Assembly (NCBI GenBank): GCA_946965045.2
Contig: OX337242.1
Coordinates: 1,612,001 to 1,676,000 of the forward strand
DNA length: 64,000 nt
Direction of reading: 5' to 3'
DNA from: Epithemia pelagica
Lineage: Eukaryota; Protista; Bacillariophyta
Shown: positions 1 to 9,962 of the stretch, in pieces
Position numbering within the stretch: the first letter of the stretch is position 1
Layout of the letters: each line of letters begins with the position of its first letter
The notes under the pieces: model-generated
What the model saw: only the letters and a program-made list of their open reading frames with translations
The model's database searches: none
Told to the model about the DNA's origin: nothing
Position numbers and translations under genes: made by a program

Positions 1-183
1 CCCGGTCGGATCACTCCTAGATCCAAATATTACGCGGTGAAGACTCATTGGTTTCGTTCTCATTTGAGCGAACGACTTAAAATTGTCAAAGTGGATACGA
101 CCCAACAACGTGCCGATATCCTTACCAAAGGCCTCACCCAAGCGACCTTCGAAATCATTCGAAAACTGCTCTGTGGGTGGTGA
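1..183 (+). mobile_element. Ty1/copia LTR retrotransposon, C-terminus of pol (RNase H), truncated by window edge
   Basis: Frame 1 reads PGRITPRSKYYAVKTHWFRSHLSERLKIVKVDTTQQRADILTKGL...LLCGW*. This is the copia RNase H tail (R.K.I....HW.R / Q.ADI.TK.L); stop at 181-183. Confidence 0.92.
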
Positions 184-265
184 GACGCCATTTCATTCCC
201 TTTTTCTTTTATTTTCATCACTACATTTACAATCTACTTACATGTTCTCATCCAAATGCTCGTCT

Positions 266-431
266 GAGAGGGAGTGACAAGGGAGAGCGACCTAATGGTG
301 ACCCCTTAGCCCTACGTCAGACTCGCAATCGTCAGTGCCAAGTCAGTGCCAACGCACACCATATCTTTAGGCCCTACTCCATTTCGTAATACGTTTACTT
401 AGTCATAATTTTACAAACCATTCCCTTTTCA
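266..431 (+). mobile_element. Polypurine tract and 3' LTR of the copia element
   Basis: Purine run GAGAGGGAG (266-274) is immediately followed by TG (275), the canonical PPT-LTR junction. The LTR end is tentatively TTTTCA at about 431; the 5' LTR is outside the window so the end is unconfirmed. Confidence 0.65.
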
Positions 432-480
432 CCTTTGTTGGTGTGAAAGTTAATTTCCTCTCTAACGTTTTCTTTTCCAG

Positions 481-793
481 GACACGGATGCAAGATCCAC
501 GATGACGATATCGGAGAAGAGGACGACGGATTTGATGAGGCTCTTGTCCCTGTTGACTACAATACTGCAGGACTGGTCCGCGATGATGACCTATTGGAAA
601 TTGTCATCAAGCCTTTGCCCGAAGGCTGCAGTTTGGTTTGCCTCTACGACTGCTGCCATTCTGGAACTATCCTTGATCTTCCCTATCTTTTAAGCCCAAC
701 GGGAAAATGGAAGAAATGGAAATTGATGAGCCATTTGATTTCAAGAAACTTCTCGGTAAATTCGGGCAAGTGTTGGATGGATTTTTTGACTAG
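481..793 (+). pseudogene. MCA: Metacaspase (peptidase C14), last exon, apparent 1-nt frameshift; probably type III
   Basis: After CTAAC, a pyrimidine tract and CAG (478-480), the exon reads (G)HGCKIHDDD..EEDDGFDEALVPVDY...DCCHSGTILDLPYL, with catalytic His and Cys motifs. Adding one T to the run at 688-691 gives FKPNGKMEEMEIDEPFDFKKLLGKFGQVLDGFFD* (stop 791-793). Confidence 0.85.
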
Positions 794-953
794 TTAGAAC
801 ATGTTCGCCAACCAACAGAGCCATACTTGATGACCATACAGCACATTGCTCCCATCGAAAGATGATATATTTATAGATTCAATTATAGCAGTACTCTGAC
901 GCGTTCTTGTCAACATCTAAAACGCCTGCTTCTGATGAGAATGAATGTGTCGG

Positions 954-1976
954 CTAAAACGGCGCCCAAGTATCCTTTGGGAACTGTGATTTTTTGGGCT
1001 TTTGCCAACGCTCTGATGGGCTCAACTGCTGGTCAGGCCCATAAATCCGAGATCCGCTGCGGCGTCCACCTCGTCCGTATAGCCACAGCACCAAGTTCGA
1101 CCGCTCGCCGCTTGTAATGGGTAAGGCAGCATATGGAATCGCCCCGAGATGCATTACAGCCACACCAGGAGCAAAATTAACTGTATTCTTCTTGCCTGTC
1201 TCGGGATCCACAAAATACAGTGACGACCCAGAATATTCCTCTTGACCGTTCGGGAGATTTAAGTTGATGTTGAGCGTGAGTGACGATCCATCCGAATGCT
1301 GTCGAATGGATTGGTCCTTGTTGGGTTGATACTGAATAGAGAATCCGAAGGTCTCCGAGTCGTCTTCAGGACGAACAAACTCTGGATAGAACAGTCTTCC
1401 CAAAGGTCGCATGTACGAATCCATCAAGTCATGGTAAAAGTATTGAAATTTTGGCATGGCGAGGTATCCGTTTGATCGTGGGTCGAGCATAAAGCCTTTT
1501 CGGTTGAGAACAATGCCATAGGGAGGTCGAAGGGGAATACCAGATTCGCCTGCCTTGTCCAGGTACTCCCTGATAATATGAAGCTTGGTTGGGTCAAAGA
1601 ACTGGCACTGATAAACACCGGGAGACACTTCTTTCCATAAATCCATGACGGCATCTTCTTTGGAGGGGTCGGCCCACGCGTCTTGAATCGCTTTGCGCAG
1701 AGCAGGATGGTAGACAGAGCTATCGAGAGCCGGAAGAGATTTTGCCGCGTGGTCTCGTTCTTCCCATTCTGCCCAGCCCTTTTCCAACAACACCTCATTG
1801 TCGCCCCAGAATTTGTAGACCTTCATGTCTCTGCGAAGCATCTCTTCGCGAGATGGCATCTCTAGCCTACGCGCCTGTTCCAAAAAGGTGGGTGAGGATG
1901 ATAGTGACATTGCTGTGCGAATGCCAGAAATTGTGGAGAACGACAACACACAGAGTCGTTGAAGTCGAAGCTGCAT
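954..1976 (-). CDS. 2OG-Fe(II) oxygenase family protein (OGFOD2/PLOD-like)
   Basis: HSDGSSLTLNINL (HxD), GSSLYF, MHLGAIPYAALPITSGERSNLVLWL. Likely start MQLRLQRL at 1976; the ORF track start at 2183 is probably upstream. Confidence 0.8.
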   Translation of the reverse strand: MQLRLQRLCVLSFSTISGIRTAMSLSSSPTFLEQARRLEMPSREEMLRRDMKVYKFWGDNEVLLEKGWAEWEERDHAAKSLPALDSSVYHPALRKAIQDAWADPSKEDAVMDLWKEVSPGVYQCQFFDPTKLHIIREYLDKAGESGIPLRPPYGIVLNRKGFMLDPRSNGYLAMPKFQYFYHDLMDSYMRPLGRLFYPEFVRPEDDSETFGFSIQYQPNKDQSIRQHSDGSSLTLNINLNLPNGQEEYSGSSLYFVDPETGKKNTVNFAPGVAVMHLGAIPYAALPITSGERSNLVLWLYGRGGRRSGSRIYGPDQQLSPSERWQKPKKSQFPKDTWAPF

Positions 1977-2390
1977 TTGGGTGGTGCAGAACAATTCGCT
2001 GTGATTTTGATTTTGTGAGAGCAAATGAGAAAATGAGAGCGAAGGTTCTGTGGCGTGCCGTTTTCTGTACCGTTCACGTAAAAATCTACAGATTTGTACT
2101 TTGTGGCTTATAGTGCCCGAAGAGCACAAATGAACTCTCGCGTTATCGTTGCCGTGTACGTAGAAATGCACGGAGAAGTACATTTTGGTCTACAGTTCAT
2201 TTGGATCATAGCTGAACGAAAGAGAAGCATCGGTCTCGGTTGGGGTAGCCCACATAGAGTAATAACGTTGCTAGAGAAAATCTTTTGAGAATATCTTTTG
2301 AGAATGGATCATCGACTCATCTTGCTTTTGCTGAACATCATAATGTCCTCCTAAGGAACGGAATACTCAATAACGTCGTTGTTACATGAC

Positions 2391-3239
2391 TTAGCCGGAT
2401 CCAATACTAGCAAGTTCCTGTTGCTGTTTCATCTGCATCATCTGCAGCTGTCGACCAACCGTTGGATTTTCAGAATGTGCCTTGACGCTATGCTCAAATT
2501 GTGCCATGCTCACTCCTACTGCCTTTAATGCTTCTTCTCCTGCAGATTGTCCCTTTTCTGAAAATTCCAGGTTGAGATGGTGCTGTACGACTGGGCTCTT
2601 CAAATCTTTTCCTTCTGCCTTGAACTGGGCCACCAGTTCTTTCATTCTGCTCGTCAAACTATCAAAGTAAACTTGAGACACCTCCACCAGTCGTTCCGCT
2701 GAGAGTGTTTCGGGAGGAGGGACTTGTTCGGCTTGTTTTCCTGGGCGCCAGCCACTGTGTTCTTCGTTGGATATATTCTCCCAAAACTTTTGGAAACGAT
2801 TGACCGCTGTCTTCAGAGCAGGGTGGTCGTCTTCATTCTCAAGAAACTCCCATGTTGCTTCTTCCAGACAATCATAATCCATTCCAAATTCCTCTAGAAT
2901 CATCTTTTGTTTGGTAGCCAAAGCACGTTCCATTTCTCCACGCAGCATGGCCCGCAATTGTGCTTCTGGAATATTCTGCCCTGCCATTTGAATGGCCTGA
3001 ATCTGTTGCAATAACTGGCCAAAGATGGCCTGCATCTCTCGAAACAAGCGATCAAAGATCTTGGTGACTTCTTCCACCGTAATGTAGTCGCCTCCATCCT
3101 CATCCTCGTCAATATCCGTCACTACGACAAGTGCGTCGCTTCCTTTCGTGCTGCTGCGTCCGGAGAAGGCCCAGTATCCGAGTCCAGCCACAAGGGCTGC
3201 AGAACCAGCTAGAATGAGAGGACTGGCTGTTGTTGACAT
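2391..3239 (-). CDS. Hypothetical protein, N-terminal membrane anchor plus helical/coiled-coil body
   Basis: Long ORF with likely start MSTTASPL; hydrophobic LILAGSAALVAGLGYWAF segment, then acidic helical sequence. Confidence 0.75.
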   Translation of the reverse strand: MSTTASPLILAGSAALVAGLGYWAFSGRSSTKGSDALVVVTDIDEDEDGGDYITVEEVTKIFDRLFREMQAIFGQLLQQIQAIQMAGQNIPEAQLRAMLRGEMERALATKQKMILEEFGMDYDCLEEATWEFLENEDDHPALKTAVNRFQKFWENISNEEHSGWRPGKQAEQVPPPETLSAERLVEVSQVYFDSLTSRMKELVAQFKAEGKDLKSPVVQHHLNLEFSEKGQSAGEEALKAVGVSMAQFEHSVKAHSENPTVGRQLQMMQMKQQQELASIGSG

Positions 3240-3466
3240 TCTTACACTATGCTCCCTTCGAAATGATCTATCTGAACAGAATGGAATGATGCGGTAGATG
3301 AAGCGTGGGGGGAACGTCTGCTCTGCCGTCTGTCTGTCGACCTTTCCTCGACGATGGACCACAACCACAACGCCGGCAAACGTTTGCGAAGAGCCATCGG
3401 CCATGTCCATCAGAAAGAAGAATCCACTGAATTAAGACGCACCCGCTCCCACGAAGAAGATCTATC

Positions 3467-3838
3467 ATGGCAACCAGTCGTCGTCGTGCAGCCGTTGCAG
3501 ATGCTCAAATGCTTGTCCGAGCACTAGAAGACCAAGACAATCATCAAGGAAGCTCCACATCCTCATCGGTTTCGGAACTGGCTTTGCAAGAATTGGAAGG
3601 GTTGTCGGCGGGCCAAGTGGCAGATCTCGTGCAACTCCAACGCGATCAGCAAAACCAGCAGTCGCTGCCTCAACCAAAAGACATTGCAACGTACGAGAAA
3701 CCTCTCGATCCATTTCTCTTTCACATCCAACAAGAACGAGCTCCAGTGGAGCCAGGTCGCTTGGACAGCCGTGTCCGTTCGCTTCAACAACACCTTGCTG
3801 ACATCTATCAACCACCCAAGCTTGATCCCAATCACTGA
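3467..3838 (+). CDS. Small hypothetical protein
   Basis: 123-aa ORF with natural Q/L-rich composition, divergent from the preceding gene; no recognisable domain. Confidence 0.5.
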   Translation: MATSRRRAAVADAQMLVRALEDQDNHQGSSTSSSVSELALQELEGLSAGQVADLVQLQRDQQNQQSLPQPKDIATYEKPLDPFLFHIQQERAPVEPGRLDSRVRSLQQHLADIYQPPKLDPNH

Positions 3839-4096
3839 ACCCTAGAGATTCCTTATTTACGCTTAGTTTACCGCGCACAACGGTGTACTACCACCGTTTG
3901 GCCAACTAAGTGCATTGGCTGGATGAAGGTCTCGTAAGTGGGAAATTCACCCAAACATGATGCGATGATCATTTGTATGCTGAAATTCCGAGTGCAGGAG
4001 GTACTCGAGGTCATCTGATTCTGATATCAGGGGCTCATGCAAGTACTTGTGTCCGATCCTCTTACATCGGTTCCCTTTGTCGTTGAAGGACGAATC

Positions 4097-5502
4097 TTAC
4101 CACCACTCTCTTGGTGGGTCCTCTCGAGTCCATTCAATGTTATATCCAATCATGGCTTCCACAGTCCAATTTAGGTGCAGCCGAACGTGTTTGGCAAATT
4201 CAGGGGTAACGAACCTTGTCTTTTTGGGTTGTCGAACTTGAGTCGGATGAGGCTGGCAATCCGGAACGACACCTGTCCATTGTTGAATGCGTCGCAGCAA
4301 ATTTTGTGTTCCCGTACGCAGCAAATACTCGTATTGAACAGCCCACACATCTGCAACATTGGGGAACTTGCGAACGGACAAAAAGTTGCGAATCTTGTCG
4401 CTGCGAAGTTCCAGAATATTGGCGTAAGGTAAACCGCTTCCATCATTGCGCATTTCATAAAAGGGCTGGTGTTCGGAGTATCGAATGGTATGATTGTAGT
4501 TCGAATGGGGTAACGGTTCCTTCACACAACTCACAATGTCTCGATAGGTGAAATCTTCTTGGCATGGTATCAATGATTCGTCGTTGATGCCTTTCCGTCG
4601 AGCTTGTTCTCGTACCTCCAAGTCTTCTCCGACGCGTTCCATGGTCCATTCTTTAGTCAGAAAAATCTGCCAGTCGTTGTCGGAGTTGCGTGATTCGAGA
4701 TCAGCATTCTTCATGGTCCGCAAATGTTGTGGAGAATGATGCGGAACACGCTCCATGGCCTTGAGCCAATCGTACGGGTTCCGAAACTGCGCAATTACCA
4801 ATGTGTCATGCTTGTATCTTGTCGAATCATCGAGCTGAAACCAATGCTTGTATCGAGTGAAGCTGTTGGTTACCTTGATCTCGTGGCCAAAACATTGCTT
4901 TAAGTGACTGAAAAAAACCAGTGATAAACGAAATCATTATTGCAACAATGTAACATGAAGAAGTAGAAACCAGTAACAAATGAGTTCAAATCTCGTAGCA
5001 CAGACATTCACCCAAGAAGCGTTTTCACATACTCAAAGGTCCATCGAGTTCCACTGTTTCTCTCGCCCAACACGCTTATTTGGAGAATGGGTTTGTTGAT
5101 GTATCGATATTGCTTTCCCTTCGGTTTCATCTGACCGATCGTCTCGTCAACCCGTGTTGATTTGACATCGATATCAACGTGTCCGGCTGGATTCTTCGAC
5201 AGTTCTTCGTCGACAGTGTGTTGTTCGGTGTTGGGTGGATTATCAGGACTTTTCCTATGAATATCAGATTCCACCTTGGCATAATTGGTGTGATGTTCAT
5301 TGGATGTGTAGTTCAGAGATGCATAGCGACTTGTGCGTTCCTCTTCCACGTTGGACAGCCGTTTCAACCAAGTTAAGGACGTCTGCGCAACAAGCAACAA
5401 AACGAGACACAACGTGCACAACACAACCAAAAAGACCAATTTTCTGTTTGGTGCTTTCATCCCAGAGCGTGCTTGCGAGATGCCATGAAGTCGTGAAGCC
5501 AT
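4097..5502 (-). CDS. Type II membrane sulfotransferase-like (P-loop fold) protein, 2 exons (5502-5033, 4907-4097)
   Basis: N-terminal TM LVFLVVLCTLCLVLLLVA; ISVLGERNSGTRWTF PAPS-loop-like motif. A GTATGT...CAG intron (4908-5032) joins to HLKQCFGH...RYKHWFQ...FRNPYDWLKAM. Confidence 0.75.
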
Positions 5503-6079
5503 CGAATGAGGAGGATGCTTGGTTTTTCTCGTTCGATCGACGCGTCGGGAAATTGAAAGAGGACCTTCTTTTGTTCTAGCTCATTGAGAGATGGACCTTC
5601 AAAGATGGTGAAATGTGAGAGGGCTGATGGGCGATGGCGGATGGCGGGGAGCAACGCAAGCCGCACAAAGACTCGCGCCTGGCTCGGCATGGGCGCTGCT
5701 GCTCCGTTTGAGCATGCGCGTGTGCCTTCGGTCCCTCTACTAGAGCTAGCTCTAAGAACATCTTCAACTCGTCTACCTCTAACCAACTCCTACCAAACGC
5801 AAACTCCTCGTACTAGGAACACGATGATATTTCTTTGATGATTGGACGTTCCATTTCGAACTTGCTTGAGGATACTATCTAAGTTATCCTGCGCTGCTAG
5901 ACTCAATCGGCTACGTCCAAAGCTTATGAGGTAACACGAGCAGTAGAGATTCCGATCTGTGTGCAGAATTCATTAACAACCCCTTAGTACTTAGTACAGG
6001 GCATGATTAAATGAGGACTTCATCGAGTCTTCAAGCATCATGGCTGAGAAAGGTGCCTTGTGTTAAGCTGTGAATCCCA

Positions 6080-7633
6080 TCATGGCGGCTGTTCGTCATC
6101 ATTTAGCAGTCGGAATGGTGTCAAGAGATGACTGATACTAGCCCGTACCGAAGCTGCGTCCTCACCCAGTTTGTCATTCACCATAGCGGCAGTGGGTAAA
6201 GTCGCTTGGGCACCAGGACCTTGCAATTTACATCCCGCCACCCAAGTACCAAAGGCTAAGCACTGTGACGCCGTAGTTTCAATAGTGGAGCTGGGGGACA
6301 TACCACACAAGGCCGCCAAATATCCCCCAATCAAGGCATCGCCTGATCCAGTAGTGTCGACAATTGCCACATGTTCTATGACGCCCCGAGTTTGAATAAG
6401 ATAGGTAGCCGAGATTTTCTTAATCTCCAGGTTTCCTGAAGTGGATTGTTCGACGTACTGATGATTGACACGAAGGAGAAAGTCGTCACTGTCATCGTTC
6501 TCAACTCTCATGAAGACCAGTTGGTTTCTCGTCCCCTCCTCGTGCTCGTGAGACAAAGATTCAAAGGATTCACACAGAACATGAACCGATCCCATTTCTC
6601 CTTTGGTGACAATGACTTGTTTCTGCACTTGTGGAAACCATCGTGTAAGATACATGCTAGGTTTGAGCACATGGGCAAAAAACTCTTGTTCTTTCTTTGA
6701 AAGAGGCCCGTTCGAGTGATCCACAATCTCAGGATTCGACAAGGGTTGTCTTTGAAAGGTTGCCTCATTTTCATGGTTGAGTTTATTCAAGTACGTTTCA
6801 ATTTGGAGGGAATTCGTAAAGATATGTGTTGTGTACTGGAGCAATTCGTCCAGTGACTTGGTATTACGATCCTTTTCTACATCGAGCGACACTGGAATGC
6901 CCCTTTTCCGAGCCTCCTTGGCCATTTGTAAGGCCACGTCTGTGTGTCGTGCATCGGAATGAAAATGAATGACCTGGTCAAACAAGTCGTCCATTGACAT
7001 GCGTTCCAGATCGTTCACAGTCCATTCTCCACAAGTACCAGGTGTATGCAAACACGTTCGTGTATGCTCGGATTCCGACACTATAATCACCGTCACACCC
7101 GTGGTGGAATCTGGCTTCTGATTAAACAGAGGCGACGACAAGTCCACTCCAGAGCTTGTGAGTCCCTTTACCAGAGTATCACCAGCAGCATCGTCGCCAA
7201 CAATGGTCGCTAGTTGAACCTGAATGGTTCCATTGGTACCAGTGAATGCCTTTGCCGTCAGAATGCGGCCCATGGCGGTGGCACTGTTGGCGGCGTTGCC
7301 ACCCCCAATTTCATGGTACGATGTGGTTCGAATTTTTGAATCGGCCTCTGGATACGACGGCACGGCAAGAAGTCTATCTAGACCACAACTTCCAAGCACT
7401 AGGATTTTCTTGGTTGGTGTAGATATCGAGTCATGGTCTTGTTGTGCGGCGCTGGTAGTCGCCATGGGTTGGACGCACCGAGACAAGACGGCAACGTTGT
7501 TGGTCGATCCTCCAATCCGCGCAGGGCCTTGTCTTGAACGTGTGCCGAAATTGCTCCAAGCGGAGGCGTCCAGTGCCAGGACCAATACCAGCGTGAGTGA
7601 TAGCCGATGATGCCAGGTTCGAGTGAACCACAT
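6080..7633 (-). CDS. PfkB/ribokinase-family carbohydrate kinase, probably plastid-targeted
   Basis: GGGNAANSATA, VGDDAAG, DTTGSGDALIGG anion-hole motif. Start MWFTRTW gives a signal peptide ending ASA-W, an ASAFAP-like bipartite motif. Confidence 0.88.
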   Translation of the reverse strand: MWFTRTWHHRLSLTLVLVLALDASAWSNFGTRSRQGPARIGGSTNNVAVLSRCVQPMATTSAAQQDHDSISTPTKKILVLGSCGLDRLLAVPSYPEADSKIRTTSYHEIGGGNAANSATAMGRILTAKAFTGTNGTIQVQLATIVGDDAAGDTLVKGLTSSGVDLSSPLFNQKPDSTTGVTVIIVSESEHTRTCLHTPGTCGEWTVNDLERMSMDDLFDQVIHFHSDARHTDVALQMAKEARKRGIPVSLDVEKDRNTKSLDELLQYTTHIFTNSLQIETYLNKLNHENEATFQRQPLSNPEIVDHSNGPLSKKEQEFFAHVLKPSMYLTRWFPQVQKQVIVTKGEMGSVHVLCESFESLSHEHEEGTRNQLVFMRVENDDSDDFLLRVNHQYVEQSTSGNLEIKKISATYLIQTRGVIEHVAIVDTTGSGDALIGGYLAALCGMSPSSTIETTASQCLAFGTWVAGCKLQGPGAQATLPTAAMVNDKLGEDAASVRASISHLLTPFRLLNDDEQPP

Positions 7634-7870
7634 CAAGAATAGTTCCTTGTCACGGAGCTCAAAAGTGAGACGACATATCTGTCGAAAGATTTGATGTTTG
7701 GTGCATGGTGCTGGTGCAGCTTCGAAGAATCGTCCCCAATTGGTCTTGATCAGGTCGGAAATCGGGACCAAATCGCGCGGGATGAAATGGCGGGAATCAA
7801 TGACTTCCGACCTTGCACGCGATCTTGAGATTTCGACGCGCGCGCCTCTCGCACTCCATCCATCGAGATT

Positions 7871-9646
7871 TTGACACAAAATCTCACATTGTCTTTACCA
7901 GACGCCATGGAAAGAAGCGGATCAACCGAGACGACTGCGATCACGACACCTCCGCAAGGAACAAGCAAAAAAAGGTCCATAGTGGATGAGGAAGATCTCT
8001 GCGGCCAAGTGGAACTCGGTCTGAATAGGGTCCACTTGATGCTGGTTCCAGCCCCTCCAGAAGCTACAACCTTCTTTCCTCCGGCTCTCGGGCAACACAG
8101 CGGTGGTGCTTCCAATGGCAAGACCATTCTCTGGCCTTGCATCACAGTAGAAAACTCTGGTCAGCTCGAGTCGCTTCAAAATGAGTATCGTATCTTTGGA
8201 GACTCGGAACAAGACTATCAGCTAGCCTCTGTCCGTGTGATACAAGATTTGCTTCACCACGTGCTCTCGCACCCAAACGATGAGCAGAGGTACACCGAAC
8301 CATTGACTGTCTTGATTGGCCCACATTGTCTGGTGACGCAGGACCAACGTTCCTTTCAAGGTTTGAACAAGAAGAATTTGTTTCCCATGATGACATACCT
8401 AAGGCATTTTAATGCCCACTGTGGAAAAATCGACGGTGCCGTTGAAGCAGCCAAAGTTGTTACCAACATGGTCGACAAGATAAGGTCTCAAAGGAAGAAA
8501 GTTCCAAGGCTTACGGATTCCCCGAAAACTGCCGGAGAAGTACACCGTGATGTCGCAAGTCAGGCCATTGTCGTTTCTCCAGAATCCCAGTCCAAGGCTC
8601 CTCATGATCCAAAAAATCCTCCATCCGATCTTCCACCAATGGAACAGCAAAACGCTCGCGATGTTGATTCGTCTCAAGAAAAATCAAGTAGTAGCAACGA
8701 AAAAGAGACGACTCCCAATGCTTCGGTAGATACCAAGATGCCCCCGAATTCGACCGAGGCTCCCTCTGCCATTTTGGTGACTCCTGCCAGCAAGCGCGTC
8801 GAAGCAACCAATGCAGCTGCTCAAAGGCAAACTGAGTGTGATGCTTCGCAAGAGAAGAATGTCTCCTCAAGCACCGACTTGAACGGAACGAAGCCTATCG
8901 TCACTCCTCGAGAAGAAACCGCGACGCCTTGCGTCGTTTCGTCGCCTTCGAATCTTCCGTCACCATCTGCTTCAGATTCTTCCACCGGGAGTCCTGCATC
9001 CATCAGTTTTCCAGTCTCTTCCGCTACACATGCAACACAAGGACGACAATTTCGCTTTATTGGTACCCAAGAACCAAGTCACCCAACGTTTTCCCAAGTG
9101 CAACGTATATTCGAAAAGGGGGGATATTCTTTTGAAGATGATTTGTTCTGTCTTCCCGATGGGAATCCAAATCTCAACAAACACGCCTCAAAAGGTCATG
9201 AGTATTTTGAAAAAGAAGACGACTTTCGACAAAATTTGTGTCAGCGCGGCGTGGTTGACAGGGATTTGTGGAACGATTCCGACAAGACACTCATCCATCA
9301 ATGGGTTCGAATGGCGGTTATAAAGTCGGCCGATCTCAACTTTAATTTACCAACAGATGTTGTGGAGAACGAAATCTCGCCTTCTCAGACAATAAAACTT
9401 CTTTTAAAGATTGGATTCAAGTACGTCCGAAGCCCTTTTTCCGACGTTTTCTTGTACCCTGGCATTAAAACCTACAAAGCTGGAGTTGAAGGCATTACCC
9501 TGTTTGAAAAAGATATGGATTTACAGGATCATTTGGCTCGATATGGTTTGCCGAATAACTGCAAGTTTGACAAGATTTCGGTATCGGAACATGTTTCATT
9601 GGAGTACTTTCTGAGCAACGTCTTGACGGAATCGGTGACCTTGTAA
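7871..9646 (+). CDS. Hypothetical protein with WPC (PWWP-like) domain, S/T/P-rich linker and duplicated C-terminal module
   Basis: 591-aa ORF with ILWPCITV...LTVLIGPHC. A probable intron donor GTAAGT near 9644 suggests a short final exon. Confidence 0.7.
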   Translation: MTQNLTLSLPDAMERSGSTETTAITTPPQGTSKKRSIVDEEDLCGQVELGLNRVHLMLVPAPPEATTFFPPALGQHSGGASNGKTILWPCITVENSGQLESLQNEYRIFGDSEQDYQLASVRVIQDLLHHVLSHPNDEQRYTEPLTVLIGPHCLVTQDQRSFQGLNKKNLFPMMTYLRHFNAHCGKIDGAVEAAKVVTNMVDKIRSQRKKVPRLTDSPKTAGEVHRDVASQAIVVSPESQSKAPHDPKNPPSDLPPMEQQNARDVDSSQEKSSSSNEKETTPNASVDTKMPPNSTEAPSAILVTPASKRVEATNAAAQRQTECDASQEKNVSSSTDLNGTKPIVTPREETATPCVVSSPSNLPSPSASDSSTGSPASISFPVSSATHATQGRQFRFIGTQEPSHPTFSQVQRIFEKGGYSFEDDLFCLPDGNPNLNKHASKGHEYFEKEDDFRQNLCQRGVVDRDLWNDSDKTLIHQWVRMAVIKSADLNFNLPTDVVENEISPSQTIKLLLKIGFKYVRSPFSDVFLYPGIKTYKAGVEGITLFEKDMDLQDHLARYGLPNNCKFDKISVSEHVSLEYFLSNVLTESVTL

Positions 9647-9962
9647 GTGGTATCAGATTCGTCTCTTTTCTCATATTTGTCACTCTATTCTGACCTAGTT
9701 TTGTTTGCTGGCGAACCGCACAACGTGGCTTACTGAACCGTAGCTGCTGAGGGAGCGCTCAACCAGGACATGAGGGGCAGACAGCTGACATTGCCAGGGA
9801 GAAGAAAGTTGACAGTATGAATTGGGAGTTTGTATTTGTATTGAAAAACCGTGTCGAGTTAAATAGGATACAACCGTTTACATTGCACCGTTTGTGCGGG
9901 AAGTTTAAGTCGTCTACTCCTAGGAGTTATGTTTGTGAGCCGAAGAAATTTGTGGAGAAATA

